From Nanobdellati archaeon (GTDB taxonomy: Archaea; EX4484-52; GLR71): a stretch of DNA of 12,403 nucleotides. The notes below the pieces were generated by a model that ran no database searches, was not told the DNA's origin, and saw only the letters and a list, made by a program, of their open reading frames with translations. The DNA lies in NCBI GenBank assembly GCA_019429005.1, contig JAHYJR010000010.1:12238-24640 (forward strand), read 5' to 3'. Of this stretch, positions 1 to 9,120 are shown in pieces; the stretch's first letter is position 1, and each line of letters opens with the position of its first letter. The translations under genes and the position numbers were made by a program.

Positions 1-57
1 CACAAAAAATAATATCACAAAAGATATATCCTCAATATCATCATTTAAGTTAATCAC

Positions 58-483
58 TTAAATTTTTGTTTTATTAGTACCTTCAAAAGAGGATTCTTTT
101 AATCTCAAAAAAGTATAGAAAAATACAAGACCTATAATTGAACCTAATCCATCTGCAAAAACATCATATATGCTAGGAAAACGCCCTGGAACAAAACCTT
201 GCAAAAATTCTAAAGATGTACCAAACACAATTAAAAACGTAAATATCAAAAAATAATTAGATAAAGAATACTTCTTTGCTGCAAACAATAATAATACAGA
301 AAGCACCATGAACTCAAACAAATGGATGGGATTTGATAATGGACTTATCACAGGATATGCATCAAGCACGGATCCAGGCATAAGACTTCCAATTATAATT
401 AAGAACGACCAAACTATTGAATATGTAAAACTCTTTGAAAAATATTTGTTGCATTTTTGAAAACAATGACAAAACATAATCAT
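58..483 (-). CDS. VanZ-family membrane protein
   Basis: 141-aa hydrophobic ORF with about 4 TM segments and VanZ-like motifs IHLFEF and EFLQGFVPGRFPSIYDVFADGLG (ExxQxxxPGRxxSxxDxxxNxxG-like). The start may be the ATG at 477, which fits the TATA spacing better. Confidence 0.85.
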   Translation of the reverse strand: MIMFCHCFQKCNKYFSKSFTYSIVWSFLIIIGSLMPGSVLDAYPVISPLSNPIHLFEFMVLSVLLLFAAKKYSLSNYFLIFTFLIVFGTSLEFLQGFVPGRFPSIYDVFADGLGSIIGLVFFYTFLRLKESSFEGTNKTKI

Positions 484-540
484 AATCTTTACAATTAAAC
501 ATATATAAGATTTTTATAATCAAAAAACCATTAAATACAC
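484..540. promoter_or_regulatory. Back-to-back divergent archaeal promoters (two TATA boxes)
   Basis: Minus-strand TTATATAT at 501-508 is about 27 nt from the ATG at 477. Plus-strand TTTTATAA at 512-519 is about 26 nt from the ATG at 541. The spacing fits leaderless archaeal transcripts, but the AT-rich background lowers specificity. Confidence 0.5.
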
Positions 541-1266
541 ATGACCGATAAAATGATAACAACCGAACATCTCACAAAACAATTTGGAAATCTCAAAGCG
601 ATTGACAGCATCTCAATTGAGATTAAAAAAGGTGAGATTTTTGGATTCCTCGGACCTAACGGTGCAGGAAAAACAACAACCATAAACATACTGACAGGTC
701 AGATGAAAGCTACAGATGGTATTGCAAAAATTTTAGGCATTGATGTGAACAAACACCCTGTAAAAGTAAGGGAAAACATAGGAATTGTACCTGAACAAGA
801 AAACCCACCAAGCTTCCTTACACCAGTAGAATATCTAGAATTTATCTCAAAGATAAGACATCTAAAAGAAAACAAAAAAGATATAGATTTCTGGTTCGAT
901 TTTCTTGAATTTAATGAACATAAAAACACTTTATGTAAAGACCTGTCAAGAGGCACAAAACAAAAACTCATGATTGCACAAGCATTTATTCATAATCCAC
1001 AACTTGTATTCATAGATGAACCACTGATAAACCTTGACCCTATGATCCAAAAAAAGATAAAAACCTACATAATAAATTATGCAAAAAAAGGAAACTCAAT
1101 TTTTATATCAACACATGTTCTTGAAATAGCGCAAGAACTTTGTGATAAAATATGCATAATAAACAGAGGAAAAATTATTGCATGTGACTCACTGAAAAAT
1201 CTAACAAAGGAATCAAAAGGCAATCTTGAAACTGCATTCATATCACTTGTAGAAAAAAATAAATAA
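541..1266 (+). CDS. ABC transporter ATP-binding protein (ABC-2/CcmA/DrrA-like exporter ATPase)
   Basis: Walker A GPNGAGKTT, Q-loop VPEQ, signature variant LSRGTKQ, Walker B/D-loop VFIDEPLINLDP, H-loop STH. Confidence 0.95.
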   Translation: MTDKMITTEHLTKQFGNLKAIDSISIEIKKGEIFGFLGPNGAGKTTTINILTGQMKATDGIAKILGIDVNKHPVKVRENIGIVPEQENPPSFLTPVEYLEFISKIRHLKENKKDIDFWFDFLEFNEHKNTLCKDLSRGTKQKLMIAQAFIHNPQLVFIDEPLINLDPMIQKKIKTYIINYAKKGNSIFISTHVLEIAQELCDKICIINRGKIIACDSLKNLTKESKGNLETAFISLVEKNK

Positions 1267-1277
1267 AGGGAAATATC

Positions 1278-2705
1278 ATGCTAACTCTTTTGAAAAACAT
1301 GCTAAAAGAAGAGTTTAGGATACATACTGCAATGTTCAGTAAATGGCTATTTTTCATATTTCCTTTAATCATCACACTTGCAAGCGTTCTAATATCAATC
1401 TCTATATCAACGATTGATATACCAACACAATACCTTATTCTACTTGCACATGGTGCCTTTTTATTCTACGGCCTTTCTGTAGGATCTTTCGGACTCAATG
1501 CAAAAGATGCTCTAAAAATCCGCTTGGGAAACATAAGTTTCTTGGCATATTCATCAAAGATACTTCCTATAAGCCCTAAAAAAGTTTTCATGATTTTTGC
1601 AATAAAAGACATATTATTTTATCTCGCATTCACAATAATTCCAGTTATTATAGGAATTGCCATCACATCTTTGATAATCAACATATACACAGAACTTATA
1701 CCAATACTATTTGTATCGCTTACGCTTTCATTCTTATATGGACTTTCATTAAGCTTTTTAATATCTGTCCTATACAGCAGATCAAGACAAGAATTTCTCA
1801 TTGCGTCAAGCATACTAACTCTTGCACTTATAATCACAAAAAATATTTGGTTAAATCCTGAAACCATAATATCTTATTTTCATCCAATTGCATATTTCAC
1901 AACACAATCTACACAAACTTTAGGCTACTCATTAATAACCCCCTTAATATTATTCGCAATTTCAATATTTCTATTAGAAACTGACGAAAAAAACACACAT
2001 AGAGATGCAAAAGATTTATTCAAAAATCTAGAAAAACAAATCTCAAAAAGATTCCAAAAAACATCCAGCATAATTTCAAAAGATATAATAGATATGCATA
2101 GATCTATAGCAGGCTTTTCAAAAATAATATTCAGCTTTATAATACCAATCTCTATTGTATGGTTCATGTTATGGTTTATTTCGGAAACCCTAGTACCTAT
2201 TAAATACTCAATATTAACATTCGCTCTAATAATCGGTATAGTATCAACAAGCATATACAACTGGCTCAATGAATTTGACAGCTTGGAAAACTATCGTTTT
2301 TTACCAGTATCTATCAAAAATATAATGGATGCAAAGATAAACCTTTATCTTCTAATCAGTCTGATATCTTCATCAATAATACTTCTTACAATAGTGCTTT
2401 CAATGAACAAGATAAACCTAATATTTGATGCATTTATAATAATGATTACAAGCTCAATCTATGTCTTTTCAGTATTGATATATGTCGCAGGACTTACACC
2501 TAATATAGCCATATATGATGCAAAGATTTTTGTAAAATACCTCGCATATAATCTGCCAGTTCTTGTGACATTATATGTAATAACACTAGCAGACCTTGAC
2601 AACACAACCATGATACTTCTTCCATTATCATTATTCATATTGTACATTGCATCCAAAAACATCAGCAAAGCAAAAAAGATTTGGACTGATAAATATTTTA
2701 AATGA
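1278..2705 (+). CDS. ABC exporter permease (polytopic membrane protein, two hydrophobic halves)
   Basis: 475 aa with roughly 12 hydrophobic segments in two blocks separated by a charged loop (ETDEKNTHRDAK...). It starts 11 nt after the ATPase stop, with purine-rich AAGGGA before the ATG. Confidence 0.8.
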   Translation: MLTLLKNMLKEEFRIHTAMFSKWLFFIFPLIITLASVLISISISTIDIPTQYLILLAHGAFLFYGLSVGSFGLNAKDALKIRLGNISFLAYSSKILPISPKKVFMIFAIKDILFYLAFTIIPVIIGIAITSLIINIYTELIPILFVSLTLSFLYGLSLSFLISVLYSRSRQEFLIASSILTLALIITKNIWLNPETIISYFHPIAYFTTQSTQTLGYSLITPLILFAISIFLLETDEKNTHRDAKDLFKNLEKQISKRFQKTSSIISKDIIDMHRSIAGFSKIIFSFIIPISIVWFMLWFISETLVPIKYSILTFALIIGIVSTSIYNWLNEFDSLENYRFLPVSIKNIMDAKINLYLLISLISSSIILLTIVLSMNKINLIFDAFIIMITSSIYVFSVLIYVAGLTPNIAIYDAKIFVKYLAYNLPVLVTLYVITLADLDNTTMILLPLSLFILYIASKNISKAKKIWTDKYFK

Positions 2706-2720
2706 TGTTAATCGCAATAT

Positions 2721-2751
2721 AAATAATTCAATAAAAAAATAAAAATAAGAA
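2721..2751 (-). terminator. Oligo-T tract, probable archaeal intrinsic terminator of herA
   Basis: The minus strand reads TTCTTATTTTTATTTTTTTATTGAATTATTT just after the herA stop, in the gap between convergent genes. Confidence 0.45.
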
Positions 2752-2763
2752 TCAAAACCGGAA

Positions 2764-4302
2764 TCACAAGAATGCCTCAACATCCTTATCATCCTTATCT
2801 TTCTTATCACTGAATTCAATGCAAGCATCTTCTAAGGTTGTAGAATGCACAGACTCTTTTGATTTCCTCTCACGAACTGTAATAAATACAGGATGATTAA
2901 CAGCAGCACCCACAATTATAGCATCCCCCGTCTGAAGTGACGGTATAGTCCTTACAACATTACTTGTCAGACCTTCACTAGTTTTTCCAATATGATCTAA
3001 ATCATACGGATTTGTGACACGAAGTATTATATGCGTATTACACTGCGATAAAGCCGTAGTTGAAAGATGAACTGGTCTCTGAGTAACAAGACAGAGACAT
3101 GCATTAAATTTACGACCTTCCCTTGCAATTTTTTCAATTATGGATTTTGAAATTGCATATTCTTTTCTGACCTTTTCAGGTGCAAAATTATGTGCTTCCT
3201 CAACAACAAAAAGAAATGGTGGAATTTTGCCAGACCGTCTTGAATCAAACATTCTTGATGCAATACTTGAAACAATTATCTGTCTTTTTCTAGTATCAAA
3301 AATATCACCAAAATCAAGGACAAGAACTTTTCCTTGCTTAATATCTTTAAACGCTGGATACTGCTCTTTAGCAAAAAGTTTCATTCGCTTAAGATTTCCA
3401 AGCAAAAGAGTAAGAAGATCTTTAACAGAATCTCTTGCAGACTCATCAGAAGAAACCGTTGAGATTATGTTATCAATATCATAACCGCCTTTCTCCTTGA
3501 ACGCTTCACGAACTTTACCTAAAGCTTTCTGAAGAACATGTTCATGTACTTCTTTCATAGATGAAAAAAAGCTAGAAACTTGAGATACACCCAAAGAATC
3601 AACAGGAAGTCTAATATCACTACCATTTATAACTTTGACTTTATTCACATATTTAGGATCAGAACCAAAAGACGAATATTCACCATGCGGATCTGCAATA
3701 ACAACTGCAACAGAACCTTGCTGTTTATCACGGTCTACAAGCTCTTCAAGAATAACAGATGTTAAATAGCTTTTACCCGCACCACTCATAGCAAGTATTG
3801 CAAAATGTTTCTGAAGAAGACGTGTCATATCAATTTTAGCATCAATATCCTGATATGCAACCGTACCTAAATTCAAACCATTTTCCATATTCAAACCAAG
3901 AAACTTAATTACCATTTCTTTTTTAGCAAGATATACAACATTTCCTGGTGATAAGGGTGATACTACCCTTTTTATAATGCCATCCTTATAAACACCAATA
4001 ATCTGAGCCATTGCAATAAAATATTCCCATCGTTTAACTGGAAAAACATCCTCAGCCAAAACATTATTTTTACTAAATTCACTTACAGATTCAGCACGTT
4101 CAAAATATCTATTTGCTTTTACAACTTCATCAACACGAGCCATAAGTGTACCTGACAACATTTGAACCTCAACAAACTGACCTTTTTTTATATCTGAATC
4201 TGAATTAATCACAAAATTAAAATTTATAGAAGATGGACCATCAACAGTTGAAATAACTGTGCCAATACCACTTGAAATTTTTAAAGAATCATTTTTATCC
4301 AT
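2764..4302 (-). CDS. herA: HerA DNA translocase/helicase (FtsK-HerA ATPase with N-terminal HAS barrel)
   Basis: N-terminal beta-rich HAS-like region (IGTVIST..., GQFVEV), Walker A HFAILAMSGAGKS, DPHGEY, Walker B FVVEEAHNF, arginine-finger region IAREGRKF, and TQRP motif. nurA lies nearby on the same strand. Confidence 0.93.
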   Translation of the reverse strand: MDKNDSLKISSGIGTVISTVDGPSSINFNFVINSDSDIKKGQFVEVQMLSGTLMARVDEVVKANRYFERAESVSEFSKNNVLAEDVFPVKRWEYFIAMAQIIGVYKDGIIKRVVSPLSPGNVVYLAKKEMVIKFLGLNMENGLNLGTVAYQDIDAKIDMTRLLQKHFAILAMSGAGKSYLTSVILEELVDRDKQQGSVAVVIADPHGEYSSFGSDPKYVNKVKVINGSDIRLPVDSLGVSQVSSFFSSMKEVHEHVLQKALGKVREAFKEKGGYDIDNIISTVSSDESARDSVKDLLTLLLGNLKRMKLFAKEQYPAFKDIKQGKVLVLDFGDIFDTRKRQIIVSSIASRMFDSRRSGKIPPFLFVVEEAHNFAPEKVRKEYAISKSIIEKIAREGRKFNACLCLVTQRPVHLSTTALSQCNTHIILRVTNPYDLDHIGKTSEGLTSNVVRTIPSLQTGDAIIVGAAVNHPVFITVRERKSKESVHSTTLEDACIEFSDKKDKDDKDVEAFL

Positions 4303-4324
4303 AACTATATTTATCTGAATGAAA

Positions 4325-4340
4325 TTATATAATCATTTCG
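4325..4340 (-). promoter_or_regulatory. BRE-TATA promoter of herA (leaderless)
   Basis: The minus strand reads CGAAATGA-TTATATAA. The TATA box at 4325-4332 is centred about 26 nt upstream of the ATG at 4302, and CGAAA is BRE-like. Confidence 0.6.
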
Positions 4341-4362
4341 AATGATTTAATAATAATTATAA

Positions 4363-4845
4363 TTACATTTTAGAATATTCGTTTTTAAGAAGTTCACCAA
4401 TAGTTTTTGGGCCATTTTTACTTATAAACTCTTCAGGTATCTCTATACCACTTATAAACTCGTTATTTTTCTTAAAAATATTACTACGCAAAAAATCTCC
4501 ATGTTTAGTTATTTTAGCAACAGAACTTATATCCTTCCTCTTTATATCAATAAGTTTTCTATCTTCAAGAGATTTTATGTCTGCACCAGTAAAATATTTT
4601 TTAACAAAATCAATATCAACAGAACAATCACCAGTATTTAACGGAAAATACAACAAAAACTCATTTGACTCATCCATATTTGGTAACATACTATCACCAT
4701 TATAACTTTCACGATATTTATCAAAAGGTGATTGTGATACAGCTCTTTCAACAAAAACATCTTCCGGTATATCTACATATTTAAAATTATTAGTATCTTT
4801 ACGTGTATACATTTTTGGATTTGAATACTTATTTTTAGTAGACAC
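4363..4845 (-). CDS. Winged-helix-like ORF; probably the C-terminal part of the upstream gene
   Basis: The GTG start is weak, and the frame stays open upstream to the TAA at 4951-4953. It contains the wHTH-like helix-wing pattern DIKSLEDRKLIDIK...VAKITKHGDFL. Confidence 0.55.
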   Translation of the reverse strand: MSTKNKYSNPKMYTRKDTNNFKYVDIPEDVFVERAVSQSPFDKYRESYNGDSMLPNMDESNEFLLYFPLNTGDCSVDIDFVKKYFTGADIKSLEDRKLIDIKRKDISSVAKITKHGDFLRSNIFKKNNEFISGIEIPEEFISKNGPKTIGELLKNEYSKM

Positions 4846-4950
4846 CTTACTTATAACAGGTTCAACTTTAACCTCAGGTTCAAAAACGTCTGATTCAACA
4901 AACTCTGGTTCAAAAGGCTCTGAAACATCTTCATCAACAAAAAGATCAAG

Positions 4951-7092
4951 TTAGACTTCATAAGGCTCAATAATTGATTCAGTCTCAACAACAATACCAT
5001 CTACAATATCATAATCCTTAACTGACGAAGTTTTACGTTCATAATTATCATACACCTCTTTAAGATAAAGTATATACCGAGGTTTCAAAACAAAAGATTT
5101 GCTCCCCTTAGTGTCAGTATAAACTACATCTTTTTCAGATGAAATTTCAAATAAACCCGATTTTTCTAAAAAATCACCCGATTTAAAATCCAAATCCTTT
5201 ACTTGCTCTTTACCTAAAGTCTGTTCCATCCAAATTTTAATATATTTTTCACCACGATTTCTAAGAACCAATTCATAATCATTATGTAAAACCATTACAC
5301 CTTTTGAAAACAAATCATCTATAATATATGAAACCTGATGTAATGTCATAATTGATTTGAGATATTTTTTCAAATCATCCTTATAAACTGGGCCTTTAGA
5401 AGCCAAAAAATAATAGCCTAATACAGCTTTAAGTTCATTATCAAGCTGAACTTTACCCTTACTGTTCCTAAAAATAAGACCAAAATCATCACGTTTATTT
5501 CCTACATTTATATTGAGATAATCCATATTTTTTGAATTAAAAGCCTTTAAAATATATTCAATAGAATCATCATTATCATTATCATTATAATTATCATTAT
5601 CATTATCATTATAATTATCATTATCATTATCATCACTAATATCAATCATATTATAAGAAGTATCATCAGATTCAGACACACCAAACGATTCTGTATCACC
5701 TATAACAGTAGGATTCTCTTTTTTAATTTCAGAAAGATATGATCTAAATCTAATACCAGACTCTGTAAAATAAAAATTATCTACACCTTCCTTCTTAAAA
5801 TAACCGCGACGCATCATCTCACGGAATTTTGATGCTGAAATCAAATAACTATCATCTCCAGAATTAATAATTATCTGATCATTATGGCCTTTAGTAACAC
5901 TAAATTTATTATCAAGTGCTTCAAGAATACGACCATTTATACCCAAACATTTTCCTGAATCAGAATTATCTATTAATGATAGACTGACAGATTCACCTGA
6001 AATATCTAAAATTGTATTTAAATCAGTTTCAGACCATGTATCTTTTTTCGGACGATTTGCATCTTGATAATCTATAAAAGATTTAGGCGACTTTTGTGGA
6101 ATTATATTATCTAATTTATGATGCGTTTTTTTATTTACAACATCTTTAAAAAGATGATTCCCAGAATAACTAAAAGATTTTATATTTGCATCATCAACTA
6201 AAACCTTCATTTCATTCATATTTCCATCAATATAATTCAAAGCCTCAATTACATTTTCAGAGATTCCTTTTATTACAGAACCACTACCATTCATTTCAAA
6301 TAAATTTTTATCAAAAATGTTTAATACACTTTTACTAACCTTTCCTTTAAGATGCTTTTGAATAAATTTCTTTACATCACGAACATATACAACTTCATGT
6401 GTTTCAAGTAATTCTTTAATTAAGCGTATTGTAAAATATTCTGGATCCTCAATTAAATTTACAATATGGTCATGATTATCAAAGGGTCTACTTGTTTTAG
6501 AACAAACATTAAAAGACATACCATTACCAACAATTTCAAAATGATTTTTTAGTTTGGTTGGATTTATTGAAAAATGTGAAGACTTTATTTTTAAATTACG
6601 ATCCAATGTATATGTTTCAGAACTAATACCACTTACAGAATCATTATCATCAGAAACAGCTTTATCCTTAGAATACTCTAAAACCGCACAATAAGACCCT
6701 ATATCAATATTAGATTTGTCTGAATAATCAACAATAGATTTAGAACTAATTGACGGATCTTCAAGATTCAAAAATATTTTATAATCATCATGATTCTCTA
6801 CAAATGATAAAATCTTCGTCGCAACAACCCCATCTATAACATAATCATTTGTAATAAGGTTCTCTTTTTGTAACTTATTAAGTGCTTTCTTAATATCTTT
6901 CTTAGACATATCATATTTTTCAGCAATAAAATCTCTAAAATCCTTTTTAACACCCATATACCTTGAAACTTCAAAAAGTAAAGCAATCTCATCTTTAGAA
7001 CGTTCCGATAAAGAACTATCTATATAACTTAACATTTCACTTGAATATTTAGAAAGATCTTTAGTATTATCAGACACCATCAAACCAACCAC
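4951..7092 (-). CDS. Large hypothetical protein with several winged-helix-like modules and an acidic DN-repeat linker
   Basis: 713-codon ORF. HTH-like segments include IAEKYDMSKKDIKKALNKLQKENLI, EMMRRGYFKKEG...FYFTESGIRF and GPVYKDDLKKYL...VSYIIDDLFSKGVM...LRNRGEKYI. The start is GTG 7092 or ATG 7080. Confidence 0.7.
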   Translation of the reverse strand: MVGLMVSDNTKDLSKYSSEMLSYIDSSLSERSKDEIALLFEVSRYMGVKKDFRDFIAEKYDMSKKDIKKALNKLQKENLITNDYVIDGVVATKILSFVENHDDYKIFLNLEDPSISSKSIVDYSDKSNIDIGSYCAVLEYSKDKAVSDDNDSVSGISSETYTLDRNLKIKSSHFSINPTKLKNHFEIVGNGMSFNVCSKTSRPFDNHDHIVNLIEDPEYFTIRLIKELLETHEVVYVRDVKKFIQKHLKGKVSKSVLNIFDKNLFEMNGSGSVIKGISENVIEALNYIDGNMNEMKVLVDDANIKSFSYSGNHLFKDVVNKKTHHKLDNIIPQKSPKSFIDYQDANRPKKDTWSETDLNTILDISGESVSLSLIDNSDSGKCLGINGRILEALDNKFSVTKGHNDQIIINSGDDSYLISASKFREMMRRGYFKKEGVDNFYFTESGIRFRSYLSEIKKENPTVIGDTESFGVSESDDTSYNMIDISDDNDNDNYNDNDNDNYNDNDNDDSIEYILKAFNSKNMDYLNINVGNKRDDFGLIFRNSKGKVQLDNELKAVLGYYFLASKGPVYKDDLKKYLKSIMTLHQVSYIIDDLFSKGVMVLHNDYELVLRNRGEKYIKIWMEQTLGKEQVKDLDFKSGDFLEKSGLFEISSEKDVVYTDTKGSKSFVLKPRYILYLKEVYDNYERKTSSVKDYDIVDGIVVETESIIEPYEV
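5569..5633. repeat. Intragenic perfect tandem repeat, 24-bp unit x about 2.7, built from ATCATT hexamers
   Basis: ATCATTATCATTATCATTATAATT at 5569-5592 and 5593-5616, plus 17 nt of a third copy. It encodes the DNDNDNYN repeats on the minus strand. Confidence 0.9.
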
Positions 7093-7118
7093 ACAATATT
7101 AATACAATATAGTAGCAA

Positions 7119-7132
7119 ATTTATAAACCTTA
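7119..7132 (-). promoter_or_regulatory. TATA-box promoter for the multi-wHTH gene
   Basis: The minus strand reads TAAGG-TTTATAAA-T, with the TATA box at 7120-7127, about 30 nt upstream of the GTG at 7092. Confidence 0.5.
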
Positions 7133-7158
7133 TGTTAATTAAAAATAACATAAACCCA

Positions 7159-8292
7159 TTACAAAGGTCTACGATTACGTCTTAAATCAAAAATTCCAGG
7201 TAAATTACCAACAGATGAAAATATACTATTTTCAACAAAAGATATTTCCTGTTCATTTAATTTTGCTCTTAAATCTGCCTCAATTATCACAGATGGACAA
7301 CCATATGTTGTATTATGTGTAGATATTGCTAAAACATATGATGCAATATCTTTAGCACAGTTTAATACAATATCAGTATCATTTGTTTCTGAAAGAAAAT
7401 CAATCCTAATAGGACGATCAAATTCAACAGTCTTCATATAAAATGAATAAATATTATTTCCATTCTGACCAATATCTTTTAAAACAAGATTTTGGTCTGG
7501 TTTTTTTGAATACCTAAATACAAAAGACATCTCACCCTGTTTAAGAAGATAAAAAAGAAAATGTGTATCTTTAACAGTCTCAAGTATCGAAATATTGATA
7601 CTTAATTCAGTAGAACAAGATTTTATCAAATCCACACAAGTAGTACTCCGACTATCTTCAACAACACCTGCTAAATAAATATTTTTTTTAATTGACTTTT
7701 CATATAATGTTTTATACAATCGTACAATCTCAAGATAATCAGTATATAATTCAGAATCACTTTTTGGCCGTGATTGAGGGTGAGGTACAACAGAACCGTC
7801 AAGTAATAATATGTCGGGAGACCTACTAAGGGACTCTACTGCAATAGAAATCTCCTCATTAATTCTAAAAAGTGATGCTTTAATTGAAAAATCAGATTCA
7901 TACATTGGTCTATTAATTACAGATATTTTTGGTTCGTTAAATGTTCCAGGAATATACTGAGTATCATAAAGTTTACCATCCTTAAAATCAAATTTAACTG
8001 CAACAGCTCGTGTTAATATGATATCAATACCATGATATTCTTTCTTGATTAAACCACCATCTACACCAATATATGTTCTAGATTTAAGATCGTCAGGTAA
8101 AACAGTCCTAAAAAGCGATTTACTTATCACTTGAGAATCATTTTCTAATGTCAATTTATCTTTTTTAGACCTTATAATTTCAACTACAGATAAAACTGAT
8201 TTTTCCCAATCTTTAAGAGATTTACCAATATAATCTAGATCTTTAGAAATCATTGCCATAAATAAATATTGTAACTTGTATTTAAAAATCAA
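7159..8292 (-). CDS. nurA: NurA 5'-3' nuclease (RNase H-like fold)
   Basis: Catalytic motifs YIGVDGG and LLLDGS, plus GVVEDSRS, RPIRIDF and C-terminal YGCPSVIIEADLRAK (GYPxxLxxAH/D-like). The true start is probably the ATG at 8259 (MAMISK), which has TTTTTAAA at 8281-8288 about 26 nt upstream. Confidence 0.9.
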   Translation of the reverse strand: MIFKYKLQYLFMAMISKDLDYIGKSLKDWEKSVLSVVEIIRSKKDKLTLENDSQVISKSLFRTVLPDDLKSRTYIGVDGGLIKKEYHGIDIILTRAVAVKFDFKDGKLYDTQYIPGTFNEPKISVINRPMYESDFSIKASLFRINEEISIAVESLSRSPDILLLDGSVVPHPQSRPKSDSELYTDYLEIVRLYKTLYEKSIKKNIYLAGVVEDSRSTTCVDLIKSCSTELSINISILETVKDTHFLFYLLKQGEMSFVFRYSKKPDQNLVLKDIGQNGNNIYSFYMKTVEFDRPIRIDFLSETNDTDIVLNCAKDIASYVLAISTHNTTYGCPSVIIEADLRAKLNEQEISFVENSIFSSVGNLPGIFDLRRNRRPL

Positions 8293-9119
8293 TCTAAAAT
8301 CGACATAATTTTATTATAAGAATCATCATCAGAAACGGCATGACGCACATATTCGGGAATATGATCATAGAGACCTTCCAAAACAATATTATCTCTTGTA
8401 TCATTAACACTTGAAACTAGACTTGCTGATGACTTTAAGATATCAAGGGAATTAAATTCATATGCAAATGTTCTGCAGATTTCAACACCATCTATACCAG
8501 CCATAATACCATTATATAAAAATAGATTAAATAACATCTCATTATAAAAACCATAAGCAAAAATAGATATATTATTCATGCAACTTATTGTATCCCTCTC
8601 AAGAGAAATACTCTTACGCTCATTTTCAGATAAATCTTTTTTAAGAATTTTGCCAAGACAATCAACATATACATAATTAAATCTATGATATTTATCAATT
8701 ACAGGTTTAAAAGACTCTAACTCTTGATATTTTTTATAAAATAAATTAACTGTTTTTGAACTTTTAACGTTCAAATAACTTAGAACAGGATCATCTACTA
8801 AACCAAGCATATCTGAAATCCTGTCTGAAGACAAATCTATATTATGTTCAAAAGATTCTCTAAGTTCCATCTGTATCGGAAAAATTAAAGGAAGATCACC
8901 TTTCAATGCAATTGTTTTGCAACCATCAAGAAGTTTCACATAATCATAATCATATTTAAGAGAATTCGATTTAACATCCCTATTAATCTCTTTCTTTAAT
9001 TGAAAAATATTGTTCTCAATATTTAAAATTATATCAATAAGCCTAAAAATATGATCAATATCAGAATAATAATTCTTTCTATTTAAAAAAAACTTAATAT
9101 CAGATTCATCTAAAAACAT
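8289..9119 (-). CDS. Hypothetical, probably all-alpha protein
   Basis: Long ORF (ORF track 8289-9137). Start moved to ATG 9119 because GGGTGAT (9133-9127), an archaeal SD, lies 7 nt upstream and the upstream gene's TGA ends at 9121. No family motif recognised. Confidence 0.7.
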   Translation of the reverse strand: MFLDESDIKFFLNRKNYYSDIDHIFRLIDIILNIENNIFQLKKEINRDVKSNSLKYDYDYVKLLDGCKTIALKGDLPLIFPIQMELRESFEHNIDLSSDRISDMLGLVDDPVLSYLNVKSSKTVNLFYKKYQELESFKPVIDKYHRFNYVYVDCLGKILKKDLSENERKSISLERDTISCMNNISIFAYGFYNEMLFNLFLYNGIMAGIDGVEICRTFAYEFNSLDILKSSASLVSSVNDTRDNIVLEGLYDHIPEYVRHAVSDDDSYNKIMSILD

Positions 9120-9120
9120 A

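Larger units (their letters stand above)
4363..7092 (-). pseudogene. Single 909-codon reading frame interrupted by one in-frame TAA (nonsense allele, readthrough or sequence error)
   Basis: Both ORFs are in the same frame. The 35 codons between them (4950-4846) have no stop and translate as LDLFVDEDVSEPFEPEFVESDVFEPEVKVEPVISK. Confidence 0.6.

Noticed and set aside
58-2705. Glycopeptide-resistance cassette (VanZ plus ABC exporter)
   Set aside because: VanZ-like proteins are widespread and mostly of unknown function, no vanHAX/vanRS genes are present, and the context is archaeal.
362-2828. Short minus-strand ORFs (362-562, 699-971, 1619-1867, 1925-2269, 2459-2668, 2631-2828)
   Set aside because: They are antisense or overlapping shadows of well-supported genes and have no motifs.
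4951-4953. Genome-wide TAA stop-codon reassignment
   Set aside because: TAA ends well-defined genes at their expected lengths (ABC ATPase 1264-1266, nurA 7159-7161), and only one internal stop is seen.
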